Part shown: positions 11,234-23,400 of the stretch, piece by piece
Position numbering within the stretch: the stretch's first letter is position 1
Layout of the letters: each line of letters starts with the position of its first letter
Assembly: GCA_024704765.1 (NCBI GenBank)
Contig: JAKMXF010000001.1
Coordinates: 1-64,000, forward strand
From: Oopsacas minuta
Taxonomy: Eukaryota; Animalia; Porifera
DNA: 64,000 bases
Direction: 5' to 3'
Notes under the pieces: model-generated
Database searches by the model: none
What the model was told of the DNA's origin: nothing
Seen by the model: only the letters and a program-made list of their open reading frames with translations
Position numbers and translations under genes: made by a program

Positions 11234-13578
11234 ATGAATGAGAGGGAGGAAGATTACCACACATACTATTGGGTAAACATAATATCAGCTGTGTGACTGA
11301 GAAGCAGTCGATAGTCTTACATTCAATTAAACCTTCTTCAAGGAATGATTATAAGTTCTAGAATAAGCAACAAGCTGGCTGACGGATAAACGAGAATATA
11401 TTAATACATACATTTTACAACTAATCAATATGCATTAATGCAACATATAACTATTCTAAATGGTAGTGGGTATATAATGGAATGCATCATACGCTTGAGA
11501 AAATATACTCTGTATTTTCATATATTTAATATTCATTATTAGATCTATTGGAAAGTATAAATTCCCAGTAACAGAGAGAATACAACAATCTATATTCTTT
11601 GCAAGTTAGATCTACCTGGAAAGATGACTTTATCCGATCAGATTGCATTAGGACAGCAGAAGATAAACGTGCTGCTAGAAGGTATGCAGGAGCTGAATGA
11701 AGAACGTTTGATGCAAGAGGAAACTAATACCCTGATGGCTATCACACAAACATTCGATCTTCTAATACAAATATTAGTAGAAAGGAAGGAAAACTTGCTT
11801 TTAGAGACTAAAGCGATTTATGAGGAAGCATTCGCTAGTGTGTATCAGAGGAGGATAGATGTAAGTAGAATAAATATATTCTCGATCTGGTTAGTTTGAC
11901 ACAACCAGCTAAGCTCGGATCTTATCTTCGAAAATACGCAAGCTTCGAACCAAGGTGACCTAAATACACGGAGTCCACTAGAAATATAGTTGACTCTGTT
12001 TAATAGAGTCACTTTGGGACCAAGCCATTTTGACCCGATTAACCAGTGGCTAGCTTAAACATATAAACACAGGTCTATAGCCAAGTATACTGTAAGTATT
12101 TAAATTGTTCTAATAGAGTTTCGTGTTGATATTATATATAATATACCTAGGTTCAATCAATGATAGAAAACATTAAAAAGTTGGAAGAAGAAAGCAACAC
12201 AGCAACAAACAAACCTCTCTTTCAAGCAGAAACAGAAATCAGCTGTTTAAAGAAGAAGTATGAAGATGTACTGTTAGCTGTTGATGAACAGCTGGCAGAT
12301 ATTAAAAATCCTGTCTGTAGTTTTGAATTGGAGCAAGATACTTTTCTCCGTGGATTGTTAGATGTAAGTTAACTAACTAAGAATTACAATAGACCCTCGT
12401 TAATCTGAACGTTAATCCAAACGTGGCATATTGCTAATTCAATCTTTTGAAAATGGTATAAAATATTCAAAAGACCTAATTGTATCCAATTCTACTGCTG
12501 AGTTATAAATATAATACTATAGTATACATGCAGACTTTCCATCGTTTGTAAAACATCCGTAAATATGTATGCAATTTCATAATTTCATATAGTATTGATT
12601 CAATGCTATTCACTAATTAATAATCTGAACGATATTCTATTTTGATATGTAAAGTGTTCGGATTTGTGAGGGTCTTTGTAAACAATCAGCATAAATCAAT
12701 TCGTTACAATCAATGAAGTTGAGTCTATTTATGATCTTTTGGTACTGAGCTTGTATCTCTAGCTCTCCAACCAGGTGGAAGAAATTAATAAAAAGGAATC
12801 GTTTCCAAAGCGTACACTCTGCAAGTCACACTCTCAATCAATAAATAATGATAATAACGATTCTCTAGAAGTAGAATCAGATCGTCCTAACACCGCAGGT
12901 AATCACATAGGATCTGACACACCTACCTTAAGCTCCCCAGATAAGAAACACAAATTGCCTCTTACCATGAGAGAGTATACGAGAGAGCCTAATAGTCACA
13001 ACAGGTCAACACCAACCCTAGACAGAATACCATATAAGGATAACTATTATGATAAAAACGGTGGAAGAGATAATCTAACATATGCTGTAAACGGAGACGC
13101 ACCTTTCATACGTAAATCTATCCCTTCAGATAAACTTGTCATTCAAACAAACTATCCTAATACAACATTCCAGGACAACTTCCGTAGTCCTCAACTCCCC
13201 AAGAAAAACATATCTGCCAAAAGCCACAAAGTGCTAAAGAAACTAAATGGAGAAATGGAGGGAGGTGCCGTGGGAATGGGGGTAAGAAGGATTAATTCCT
13301 GTGACACTAGTGAGGTAACAGATTTTAATAAATTACAAAAATATCGACAAAGGGAAAACTACGCAAGGAAAGAACCTCTAAGGAAATTACAATCACAAGA
13401 TAGCATTGATTCAGGCGAAGGAAATGGTAACGCAAGTGGTCATACGAAAAGGAGGAATAGTAAGAGTTTACTGCAATCATACAAGTCTAAGAAAGATTCC
13501 AAGAGTGTGGGAGATATGGTCAGAACTCTGTCATTAAACTCAAAACAGAAAATTCGGCTACCTGAAGTTAACATTTAA
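11234..13578 (+). CDS. Spliced coiled-coil (TRIM BBC-like) protein with low-complexity tail
   Basis: Phase-0 GT-AG exons join three track ORFs: 11234-11272 (tentative), 11606-11860, 12151-12363, 12763-13578. Heptad-rich N-terminal half; S/K/N-rich C-terminal half. No RING or B-box seen. Confidence 0.55.
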
Positions 13579-14184
13579 AACGGTTGAATAGAATGAAGAA
13601 AGCTCTAGATTCACTATTTAGTAATATATCATAAAGCTATAAAGTAGGTTGAGTTTGTATGAAATCCCAACCATTCGTTGTTGGCTGCTAACTGCGCATA
13701 TCCCAGACACTACATATACCCCCAATATAATTGTGTGTTATTTGGACATATATTTGTAAGTTTTGCTAATATTGTATATTTTTTGAATTTTTACCTCATA
13801 TGGTGATGACAAGTACACGTATTGGGATCAGTAACCCTCGCTAATCCGAACATAGAATAGAGCCGAAATAAATTAGAAAATGATCCCTAATGTTGAAAAA
13901 GACATATTTGTTCACAGGGAAATTCCAGGCATAATATTTTTGTAATAAACTAGTAAATTGTACATGTCTGCAGATATTATTTTTTACAACATTTTGAACA
14001 TTAGCTCATATTTCTCTACCACTTACTAGTTACAAGTATTGTTTTAATGCAATTCACTAATCAGAAGAGTTATTTTGCGCAGGGCTGTTCAGGTTTGGCG
14101 AGGATGTACCGTGTGAAAGTGACATGTGATAATTGAACATCTCTAATAGGAGAAACCTAAACTTGAATAACAATAGCATAGATA

Positions 14185-14590
14185 CAGTAAAACCTCCAAA
14201 GGTTGACCACCCTGCGGACCAGCAAAAATGTTCACTTTTGAGAGGTGTTCCTTTTCATGATCGGAACAATTCAACTGACAATGACCACAGATTTCTGAAA
14301 ATGGAATTATAGGACCGCCATGTTTACACAAATGTGTGAAAGCATTGTACAGGCAAATATGTTGTTCTTCTTCCCATTGTATGAGGAAGCCTCTAGTATA
14401 TTGTGAAGTCACATCATCAAACATCTCTGCTTTCACAACTAGTGTGATAACAAAGCTGACAGCCTAGTCAAAAATCTGGCAGAAAAGCCGATGTTCACTT
14501 TTAAGAGGTCATATCCTATGTAATTTAGACATTTGGGGCCAAATTAAGTGTTCATATTTTGGAGGTGTTCACTTGTTGGAGGTTTTACTG
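14185..14590. mobile_element. Tc1/mariner (pogo/Tigger-like) MITE, 406 bp
   Basis: Perfect 15-bp TIR CAGTAAAACCTCCAA...TTGGAGGTTTTACTG. TA on the left, TC on the right. Confidence 0.8.
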
Positions 14591-14865
14591 TCCTATGAAT
14601 AAATACTACATAGAATAGATAGCGGTACGGATTCTCAAGGGTAATTATATTATCAGGCTAAATGACCAATTTGGGGAGTAATCTACAAATATCCGAAAGT
14701 ATTTATTTTGCTAATTACTAATTAATCCATTTAGCTATGTAACATTTTATAATCTGAATCATAAAGATAATTACAACAAAATAAGTGAATTTAACCATCC
14801 ACGTATTAGTGAATAATTGAATATGTACTAACGATATATAACAGTTCTTGAAGTGAGAATTAATA

Positions 14866-15831
14866 TCAGACATCTTGAGCACATCTGAATCCGATATGCA
14901 CAGCTGATGAGTCAGCTGTGTTCTTAGTACGAGATGCACACCTGTATCTATAACAGTAGTCCCGATGGCAAGCGAAGCTACCACCCTTCATCACTTTATC
15001 CGGTCCCACCCCCTCATTAGCCGCAATTGGTCCCTTACTCCCCGGAATATACCAGTCATCTTGTACCCATTCCCATACATTTCCAGCCATATCATACAAA
15101 CCTAACTTGTTAGCAGGAAACTGTCCCACAGGAGCTGTTGCTATATAGCCGTCCTCAGCTGTGTTACGTTCAGGGAAGTCTCCCTGCCATATGTTAGTGT
15201 AGTGCTGTCCTGATGGCATCTCCTTGTTTCCCCATGGAAATAGTCTGTCTGCTAGACCGCCTCTGGAAGCTTTCTCCCATTCAGCCTCTGAGGGAAGTCT
15301 CCCATGTCTCCAATGACAGTAAGCATTTGCATCTGTCCACGAGACATGTGTCACGGGGTGATGCCATCTGATACTAATGTTAGAGTCTTTACCTTCAGGT
15401 TGGTACCAGTTAGCCTCGTCAACCTTAAGCCACCATGGAGCACTAGCCACTGACTGATTTATTTGACTATTGAGCTCCTCAGATATGAGGTTATACATCA
15501 CAAAACTGTTACCGAACTTTTCTGCATCTGTTACATAACCAGTTTTACGAACAAACTGAACAAATTCCAAGTTAGTAGTCTCATAACGGTCTAGATAGAA
15601 TGAAGAGACCAGTGTTTCTCTCCGCGGCCCCTCTCCATCAAGAGGGAAAATAGGAGAGTCAGTACCCATATAGAAGTTTCCTGTCTCTATTAGTACCATG
15701 GGAGTGAGATCTACATCGTGAGGAGCACTGGATAGGTGCATGTGATCAGAAGGTGGGTACCATACACCCTGTGATATCACTTGTATGATACTATACATCA
15801 GTATCAACAGGAGATAGTGTTGAATGGACAT
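14866..15831 (-). CDS. SUMF1: Formylglycine-generating enzyme
   Basis: FYMGTD..DGEGP, APWW, HPVTHVSW.DA..YC.W...RLPSEAEWE, GLYDMAGNVWEW, GGSFACHRDYCYRYRCASR, GFRCA. Likely start MSIQHYLLL (signal peptide) at 15831. Confidence 0.93.
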   Translation of the reverse strand: MSIQHYLLLILMYSIIQVISQGVWYPPSDHMHLSSAPHDVDLTPMVLIETGNFYMGTDSPIFPLDGEGPRRETLVSSFYLDRYETTNLEFVQFVRKTGYVTDAEKFGNSFVMYNLISEELNSQINQSVASAPWWLKVDEANWYQPEGKDSNISIRWHHPVTHVSWTDANAYCHWRHGRLPSEAEWEKASRGGLADRLFPWGNKEMPSGQHYTNIWQGDFPERNTAEDGYIATAPVGQFPANKLGLYDMAGNVWEWVQDDWYIPGSKGPIAANEGVGPDKVMKGGSFACHRDYCYRYRCASRTKNTADSSAVHIGFRCAQDV

Positions 15832-16609
15832 TGTATATGTATGGACGGATATAAAGAGCAAGAATGAATTCAAAAGTAATAATTCTTTCTATTCAGAGAT
15901 TCTAGCTCTTAGTCTGTAACGTTTAAGAGGTTCTGAATCAGCTTGCTTACAATACCCCAGGGAAAAAAATTAATTAATACAAGTCACACTAACCCTTAGA
16001 AACCAAATTATACATATTGGGGGTATTTAACAAACATACTATTTTGTATTGAGAAACCCTGCTTTAGACTATGAGTTAATCAATAATTATATAATTATCA
16101 CATCCCAACCTATCTGGTAACGATAAATTACTCCTAACAGGGCTCTCAACCTGGGAACACTCAAAATCGTGATTTCGGATAAACTCAAGATTCTATCATG
16201 AGGTGTACTAATTAGTATTAGTCTTTTGTTGAGAAGGCTGGGCATAGAGTTTAGATAGTCGTACATACAACCTAAGCTCATGCCCAGTCTCTAAGTATAT
16301 TTCGAGAATTCAACTATTTGTTTACTCTATATTTATAAAAACGACAATAAATTTACATATGAGAACCTAGAAAATGCGAAATCCGGATCAGCGTACTCGA
16401 TCACCCCAATGTAATTGTTTACTTTTCCTATATCGTTATTCCCTATATTATATACGTAAGTCATATTCCCCTGTTATTTTAATACAAAATGGACAAACAA
16501 ACAATAATAGAGTTTTAAGTAATAGAATAAATAGATAGATAACTATAGTAGCTAAAATAAAGACGTAGAAACAAACAATAGGTTAGTAGTTGCTTTTACA
16601 ACCAACTAG

Positions 16610-17453
16610 TCACCACACATAGGGGATGAGTCGCTTTACACTAGCCTGATAATCTTTGTAGGTTGATTCACGTTCGTACTTAGCTGCTTGCTTTTCAGAC
16701 ATGTCATAGGTTACGAAAAACATCATTGGGACAAAGCATAGAGGGATTATTCCTACTAAAAGCCAGCGAGAAATACTTGGAAAAAGAGAATAACCGGAAA
16801 TTAAAACTCCCAGATGGTAGAGAATTTCTCCAAGGTAGTTAGGATGTCTACAGAGCTTATACACACCATCCTTACAGTACGAGTAAGGTCCGTGTATATA
16901 TTTATGTCTCTTCTTCTGATGGTCAGCGGTTGCTTGAAGAACAGAGCCTAGTGCAATGAGAGACAGGCCAAGCACCCCAGTAGGAGATGAACCATCCCCC
17001 CCTTAGTGTGTATATATAGGGGATAGCATTCCAGCAGGTCATAACCCCAGTTATAGCTAACCAGTTAATAATTCTAACCAGTAGAGAGGCATCACGAAAT
17101 GCAGTATAAGCATTACTTGTTTCAACTATGTGAGTGTTGAGATGCTCGAGAAATGTTTTGTTCTTTCTATAGTACATGTATGAACTAAGTATTATTCCGT
17201 GAAACATCATAGTACTGTTGTAGAGGAGAACGGGTGTAGAGAGAACTGTGCCACTCTTCCATGCAGAAATAGTATTGTATATTGGAAGTATAGCCAAGGA
17301 GAGAGGAAATCCATGTTCATATACGTTGAATGTAGAAATGAGACCGCTGCTGCAGACGATAAGGGGGATACTAGAACTAAGGAGGAACTCCTTCGTGAGA
17401 CCGGGGTCTATTTTAGCCAGGAGAGGTAGTACTTGATGTATATCCAAGTTCAT
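16610..17453 (-). pseudogene. DUF1295 / steroid 5-alpha-reductase-like membrane protein, frameshifted copy
   Basis: Split into two track ORFs by a G7 run (C7 at 16996-17002 on the plus strand) where the intact copy has G6. Confidence 0.75.
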
Positions 17454-17949
17454 TGTGATGGTATATCTATATAATGTATTCAAGATATGTTTGAGTATAC
17501 TTATATAGGCAAAAATATGCACCTAAAATAATACCTCACTTTATTGGCGCCAAGTTTTAGGAAACAAAATCCGACCTGTGGGGACCACCATGGGAAATTG
17601 TTGCTACCTCTGTGTAAATTCACACAAAGTACTGTCTCAACCACTAAACCTGGGGAGTCTAGTCCCCCAGGTACCCAAACTTGGCGACTATGCCTGACTT
17701 CATGTTTGCACCATTATATCTTACAAAATGTATGGCATGAAACTATAGGAAGATAGTCAGGACTGCAATTTATGTACCTATAAAACAACTCTTACCATAC
17801 AAGGTGCAATAATGTTGCATCGTGTATGGTGGCTTAACCTGCACTCAGCGCATATATATCACGAATCATCAGGGTGTTCAATTACTTCGCTTCGCTTCGA
17901 TTTCAAATTGAAATCCTCCAGGAACTCTATGCAGACATGATCAACGTCT

Positions 17950-18440
17950 GAAATGGTAAACGGACATTTCGTCGCTAGGTGCCTAGACCGTATCTGAGAC
18001 TTTTCTATCAATCTATACATATATTGTCTGACTATTTCTAGACCTAGTGCCTCCCTACCTTACTGGGTGTTGGTTGGTGTGTATTTGGGAGCGATATCTT
18101 ATTGTTGACGGTTTTTGATCGAACTGTAGTGTACAAATATACCTTGGATTAGTGGCAGGCTTGTTCCTGGAAGTTGTCAGGATCTCTGACTACCTTAGGT
18201 TGTTGGTTTGGGTCTTTAGAATCTATTGTACTTACTGAATTGGATTTTGTTCGGATTTGTTATCAATATTGCTTATAATTGATTTTCTTCCATAATTGGT
18301 CTTCCCTGGACCACTTATGGTCGGCCATATCTGTATCTAGTCCTTGGACCATGTAAAGTGTAACAGGATCTCAATTTGAACACATTCAGTCCTAAATTTA
18401 AGTTATTCTATAAATTCAATTCTGCGAAATGTCCGCCATT
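17950..18440. mobile_element. Putative non-autonomous DNA transposon inside the duplicated segment
   Basis: 11-bp inverted repeat CGGACATTTCG (17961-17971) / CGAAATGTCCG (18425-18435), with flanking AATGG/CCATT. No TSD identified. Confidence 0.35.
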
Positions 18441-18482
18441 CGTTTGGAATAACCGATACCAAGTTATAATAATGATATAGGA

Positions 18483-18873
18483 CAGTGGTACTCAAACTGC
18501 GGTTCGCGGCCCTAGTGGGCCGCGAGTATGTTGCAAAGAGGCCGCAGAACGGTAATGGAAAGTGATTTACGAAGATTTTATTTTTTAAAAGTTTTAGTCA
18601 TTCCACACAACTTCTACGATAATATCGGAATTCCTTTCGCTTTCCTCGAATAGTAACAAATTACACATATTCCACTTCCCAGAATGCTATTTATACTTAC
18701 ATCATATTATGTTGTTGAAGCGTATATGCCTCTTGCTACTTAAGTATATACACTGATATGATACAATACTATTGAAAATTATATACTAAAAGTGAAACCA
18801 AAAAGCAGGGGTCCGTAAAATTGTGATGAAGAAATTTTTGGGCCGCGACATAGAAAAGGTTTGAGAAGCACTG
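18483..18873. mobile_element. hAT MITE, 391 bp
   Basis: TIRs CAGTGGTACTCAAAC / CAGTGCTTCTCAAAC (13/15); 8-bp TSD ATATAGGA/ATATAGAA; empty site present in the paralogous copy near 31070. Confidence 0.9.
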
Positions 18874-19006
18874 ATATAGAATACGATACCAAGTTATAAT
18901 AATAATATAGAATACGTTAATACTTGTAATTTGGATAATCAGACAATAAGATTAAATCCGTAACAATTAATAAGAGCTATAACTAATAATTTTCTTATCG
19001 AAATAA

Positions 19007-19162
19007 CTAATTGGTAACCTTCTTCTTCCTGAATAGTCTGTATAATACATAGATCCCGAAGACAGCACCGTAAGTACCTATCGCAACGTTTCTTCTACCA
19101 GTTATAGTGTATGTATTAATATACTTCCTCCATCCCTTGAAGTCTACCTCTACCTCAGTCAT
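19007..19162 (-). CDS. ATP5MK: ATP synthase membrane subunit k (DAPIT/USMG5), 51 aa, absent from the ORF track
   Basis: Manual translation MTEVEVDFKGWRKYINTYTITGRRNVAIGTYGAVFGIYVLYRLFRKKKVTN*. Matches the F.G..KY.N.YT.TGR.N....TYG + TM + basic-tail pattern of USMG5. Confidence 0.88.
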   Translation of the reverse strand: MTEVEVDFKGWRKYINTYTITGRRNVAIGTYGAVFGIYVLYRLFRKKKVTN

Positions 19163-19648
19163 AGCAGAATCCACACAAATATAACTAGATAATCAACGAA
19201 ACAGAGTAATTAAGGATATGAAATAATATCAGAAAAAAGATGAAATTTGTATACAGAAGTGTTTGCCAATTAGCAATTCGGATAACAGCAAGGATTTTTT
19301 CAGGGACTTAGAGTCACTTTTGTATCGGAAATAATATATTTGCTGGATTTGATCCCAACGAGTTAGATTAAGTATTCACTATAGTATTCAAGGGTACATA
19401 TTGTGAACACCCAGATGATCAAGAATCTTATCCATAAAGCTGATGGTTGCAATCTTATACACACATTTACGCTATAGAAATAGATTTTATGATTCAGTGT
19501 ATTGCATAACTATAGAAGATAGTGTAAGAACAAGTTGCTTATGTTGTAACCATTACAGAAATATGATATACAGTTTATACGAAGATATAATAGTCTCTGA
19601 AGCTGACTATAAGTAAATAGGATAATCTATAAACCTAGACTTCCAATA

Positions 19649-20257
19649 ATGTCATCTACTTCTACTAACAAAGTAACACTAATAGGAGAAAGTGGGGTAG
19701 GAAAGACGAGTCTATGTCATAGGTTTCTGTTCGGAACATTCCCTGATTATACGAGTGAAACAATAACCGCAAGTGTGAATGAGAAAATTTATCATAGCCC
19801 TAGAGGTCACTCTATAGCTGTTACATTTCAAGATACACAAGGATTCGAATCCTGTGGGTCTCTCCTACCGCCAAGTCTGTGCAGAAACACTAACGTAATA
19901 TTGCTGGTGTATTCACTAGATGATGAAGATTCTATAAAAACACTATACACGCTAGGTGACAGTATTTTAAAGTATATGCCAACTGCTAGGAAAATAGTGG
20001 TCGGGAATAAGTACGACATAATGAATCTTAACCCACGTATCGACAATCTGATATCCGGGAACAAAGACCTCTCTGATGTGGATCATACCATAAAAGTATC
20101 CGCAAGGACCGGACAAGGGATAGGAGAACTGGAGACTATGATTACCAGTTTAATTGGAAATTATAAAACGAGCGAATTTACGTTTAACACATCTGTCAAG
20201 CTTGATGATGTCACCAATGACCCACTTGACCACAAAGGTTGCTGCAAAAATATTTAA
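19649..20257 (+). CDS. Atypical Rab-like small GTPase
   Basis: G1 GESGVGKT, G3 DTQGFE, G4 NKYD, G5 SAR, C-terminal CCKNI prenylation-type motif. Confidence 0.8.
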   Translation: MSSTSTNKVTLIGESGVGKTSLCHRFLFGTFPDYTSETITASVNEKIYHSPRGHSIAVTFQDTQGFESCGSLLPPSLCRNTNVILLVYSLDDEDSIKTLYTLGDSILKYMPTARKIVVGNKYDIMNLNPRIDNLISGNKDLSDVDHTIKVSARTGQGIGELETMITSLIGNYKTSEFTFNTSVKLDDVTNDPLDHKGCCKNI

Positions 20258-20495
20258 TAGAAAATGAATATTGAGTTTGGATATTTAGAAATTAGTTAAA
20301 CAAGTATTATACGTACTTAATATTTCATTAAATTTTATATCTCAAAGTATTCTACATTAGATTAGCGAAGTTCTCTCCACCTACTTGTGTCTTAAATGTA
20401 TCATAATAGTTGTACAAACAAATATACACACACATCGAAACATGTACAACTTCAATAATTGTAATTCCTCATATTATAATTATTATTCTAATCCG

Positions 20496-23400
20496 TTAGG
20501 TCTGTTGGAATTTAGTAAAATCGATATTTAGAGGTTTTCCTATGGTTGATTTGGTCCTAGATTCCGTAAATTTCTTATTCTTCTCTTCGCTAGAAGTCTC
20601 TGATCGCTTCCTGCTGGATAGAATAGCTTGCTCCAATCGCTGTCTCATAGTTACGTCTGAGTTCATAACATCTTTAAACTGTGCGGGGTATTTAGGTCCG
20701 ATCTGTTGCAGAGATTGTAGACAGACCTGATGAGTCTTATTTACCTGAGGTGAAGAACTCTCTTCCTCACTACTCCCCAGTTTAGTCACGAGTACATGAG
20801 TTATGTTTCTGATAAGCTCCGTATTAGCCTTAGGAGGAGCTAGTGCTATCAATATCTCCAGACATGATACCAATTCAGATATGACAGTATCAAGTACATC
20901 TTGGTATTTGGGTGTGGCTAATAGCTCGAATAGAGAGGGTGCAGTCTTACAAATAAAGTTATTAGCTAGGTTCTGGTCACCTAGTGTATACAATTTCTTA
21001 ATTATCTCTATTGTAATAAGGATAATAGATGGATCTCTCCCTCTCAATACTTGACTGTATATAGAGCTACATTCTGATACAAGACCTCCATACTCTACAA
21101 GATATTCAGGTCGTGATAGCATGTAGATAGATAGAGCAATTAGCATAGGTCGTGATGTACGCTGTTTCAATAGCCTGACTACCTCAATGAATCCAGAGCA
21201 GATAACATCTCCCTGGGTGGACAGTTGAGTAGTATTACAGTTGATTAATAATCTCTTCAACTCCTCTAGTACTACAGTATGTACCTCAGAGAATTCCTCC
21301 TGATTGAGGAAGTTAATCATTAGTAGTTGTACAGGTGTAACCACCTGGTTAACTAGATGAGGAGATATTATCTGCGGTATGAGTGATACAGCTCTGAATA
21401 CATTACTCAGTATATCTGCCTGTGTAGATACAGATACGTTAGCTTTGAATACCATGTGTTTCTTGGTAGGCAGAACCTCATGTACTAGCACTCCTATAGT
21501 TAGCACAGTAATACGCAGAAGTTCGTATACTGTATCATCGTAGGGTACGAAGTCTTCCTGTGGGATGGAGCTGGTGCGTTTTGGAGCTAGAGAGTGGGTT
21601 AGAACAAGGGAGATCTTAATCACCCAGTTAAGGGTGTTTAGGTCTTGTTTAGCAAGAGCAAGTCTATGCAGGATGGATAATATCTCAGAGGGGATAGATA
21701 CCTGGTTGCCGAATACTCTGAGTATCCACCTGGATTTGAGAACTGTTTCTAGTGCGAATAGGCAGGAGAATAAAATCTCAACTCTTTCAATAGAGAGAGG
21801 GAAGAATAGGACCTGTGAAACACACCCTAATATCAGGGTTAACTTGTCAACCAGTGGCTGACCAATGTAGCTATCCGACTCGTCCTGACCTGATTGAGAT
21901 AACCAGAGGGAACAGGCCTTGAGGACTTTAGTCCAATGCCGTCGGTAGATTGCTCTAGCATTTTCTGCAGAGTCAAACGTGAAGAAGTGACACTGTTGTG
22001 GTCTGATCATGGACAACTGTGAGGAGGGTAGACTTAAGAGAGAGTAATCGTAGAGGGCATGGAACCAGGAGACGGAGAGCTGAGGGAGATGAAGCTCCAC
22101 AAGAGGACGTAGACTGTTGGAGAGGGCACAATCATTCTCTGAAGAGCTCTGAGGAAACTGACTTCTGTAGTAAACCTCTGCCCAGGCACCAAGTACAGAG
22201 AGAGTTTCTAGAGTAATCATAATGTCTCCATAGAGGTGTTTGGAGCTAGACCCCTGTCCAATCTTGTTAAGACTAGACTCCAGGAGACCAAACACCTTCT
22301 CCAGCTCCTGTCCCCCGGTGGATACCCCACTCACGATCCACTCCCCGCACACCTGACAGGCTAGAGCGGATATGTTAGGTGGCATGTCTGTTTGGAAGGC
22401 GGGACGGAACGCTGCTCCAATCTGAGCTTGGTACTGGATGAGGAATGGACTGCCGGGGAGGTTCGGATCCTCAGATGCTGAGAAGAGACGTATTAGATCT
22501 TGGAGAGCAGTCAAACCAGTCAGTCTTAAATCATGCATACTTCCCGTGCTAGCTAGACACACAACCTGTACCAGATCTCCAAGATAAGTCACTAAGAATT
22601 CTCCACTCTCTGATTTCCCGCGTTTACACAGCTGAGCGTTGAAATGTGCAGGATCTGTACTGCAGAGATCGAACAGTTTTCTCAAAAGCTGAACAAATAT
22701 AACTTGAGTTTTCCACTTGTGAGATTTTGTCTTCTTTATACTAAAGTCTGCTATTGATAAAGTCCTCAAATCCTCGTCATCTTCTCCCACGTCTTCATTA
22801 GATTTATCCTGATCTCCCGGTCCAATCTCTGGGCCTGCTGTTCTAACCTCCTCCTCTTGTAGTCCTGACTCTCTCTGCTCAGCCCCCAGTACTCTCTGAT
22901 ACAGGTATATCCATGTTGATAAACAGCTGGAGTATAGTGCATGCTGCAGACAGTCCAGAATCTCTCTCACATCTCTGACTAACGCGTGATCAGACTCATG
23001 TAAGTCTAGCAGATCTATGAGGGTAGTCAACAGTTGCATTTCATTTCTAGCAGCTATCTCCCAGACAGGTGTGGCATCTTTCTGCACACACTGTCTCAGA
23101 CAGGAGACAGCAGCGTGTGTAACCCATGAGAACGTGACGTCAGGTGTCATACAGGTGTATAGGAAAGGTATGAGAGATGCCTGACTAACATTGTCAGGAC
23201 AGAATAGCAGAGCTTTTTGTAAGGAAGTGATAGCAAACCCCTGCACCACAGGATCATGATGTGCTTTCAACACATAAATACACTGAAGTAGTCTCTCCTT
23301 AGCACGTACCATGCCTTGTATCTCTGGTCCCAGTGCGTCCATTAAGGATCCTAGACATTGACCAGCTGTTCGTATCAATTCAGACTCCAGAGAGGAAGCT

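Larger units (their letters stand above)
16478..18921 (-). repeat. Copy 1 of a ~2-kb inverted segmental duplication (partner 31058-33066)
   Basis: Reverse complement is near-identical to 31058-33066, apart from a 391-bp MITE with its TSD, a 31-bp duplication and a few substitutions/indels. Confidence 0.95.

Noticed and set aside
14143-14436. 97-aa ORF
   Set aside because: Lies almost entirely within the 14185-14590 MITE; no transposase motifs.
16138-16290. Possible mini hAT element and an 11-bp hairpin (AGGCTGGGCAT/ATGCCCAGTCT)
   Set aside because: TIR has mismatches and there is no TSD.
17544-17756. 70-aa ORF, identical at the protein level to 31793-32005
   Set aside because: Identity is explained by the recent duplication; no coding signature.
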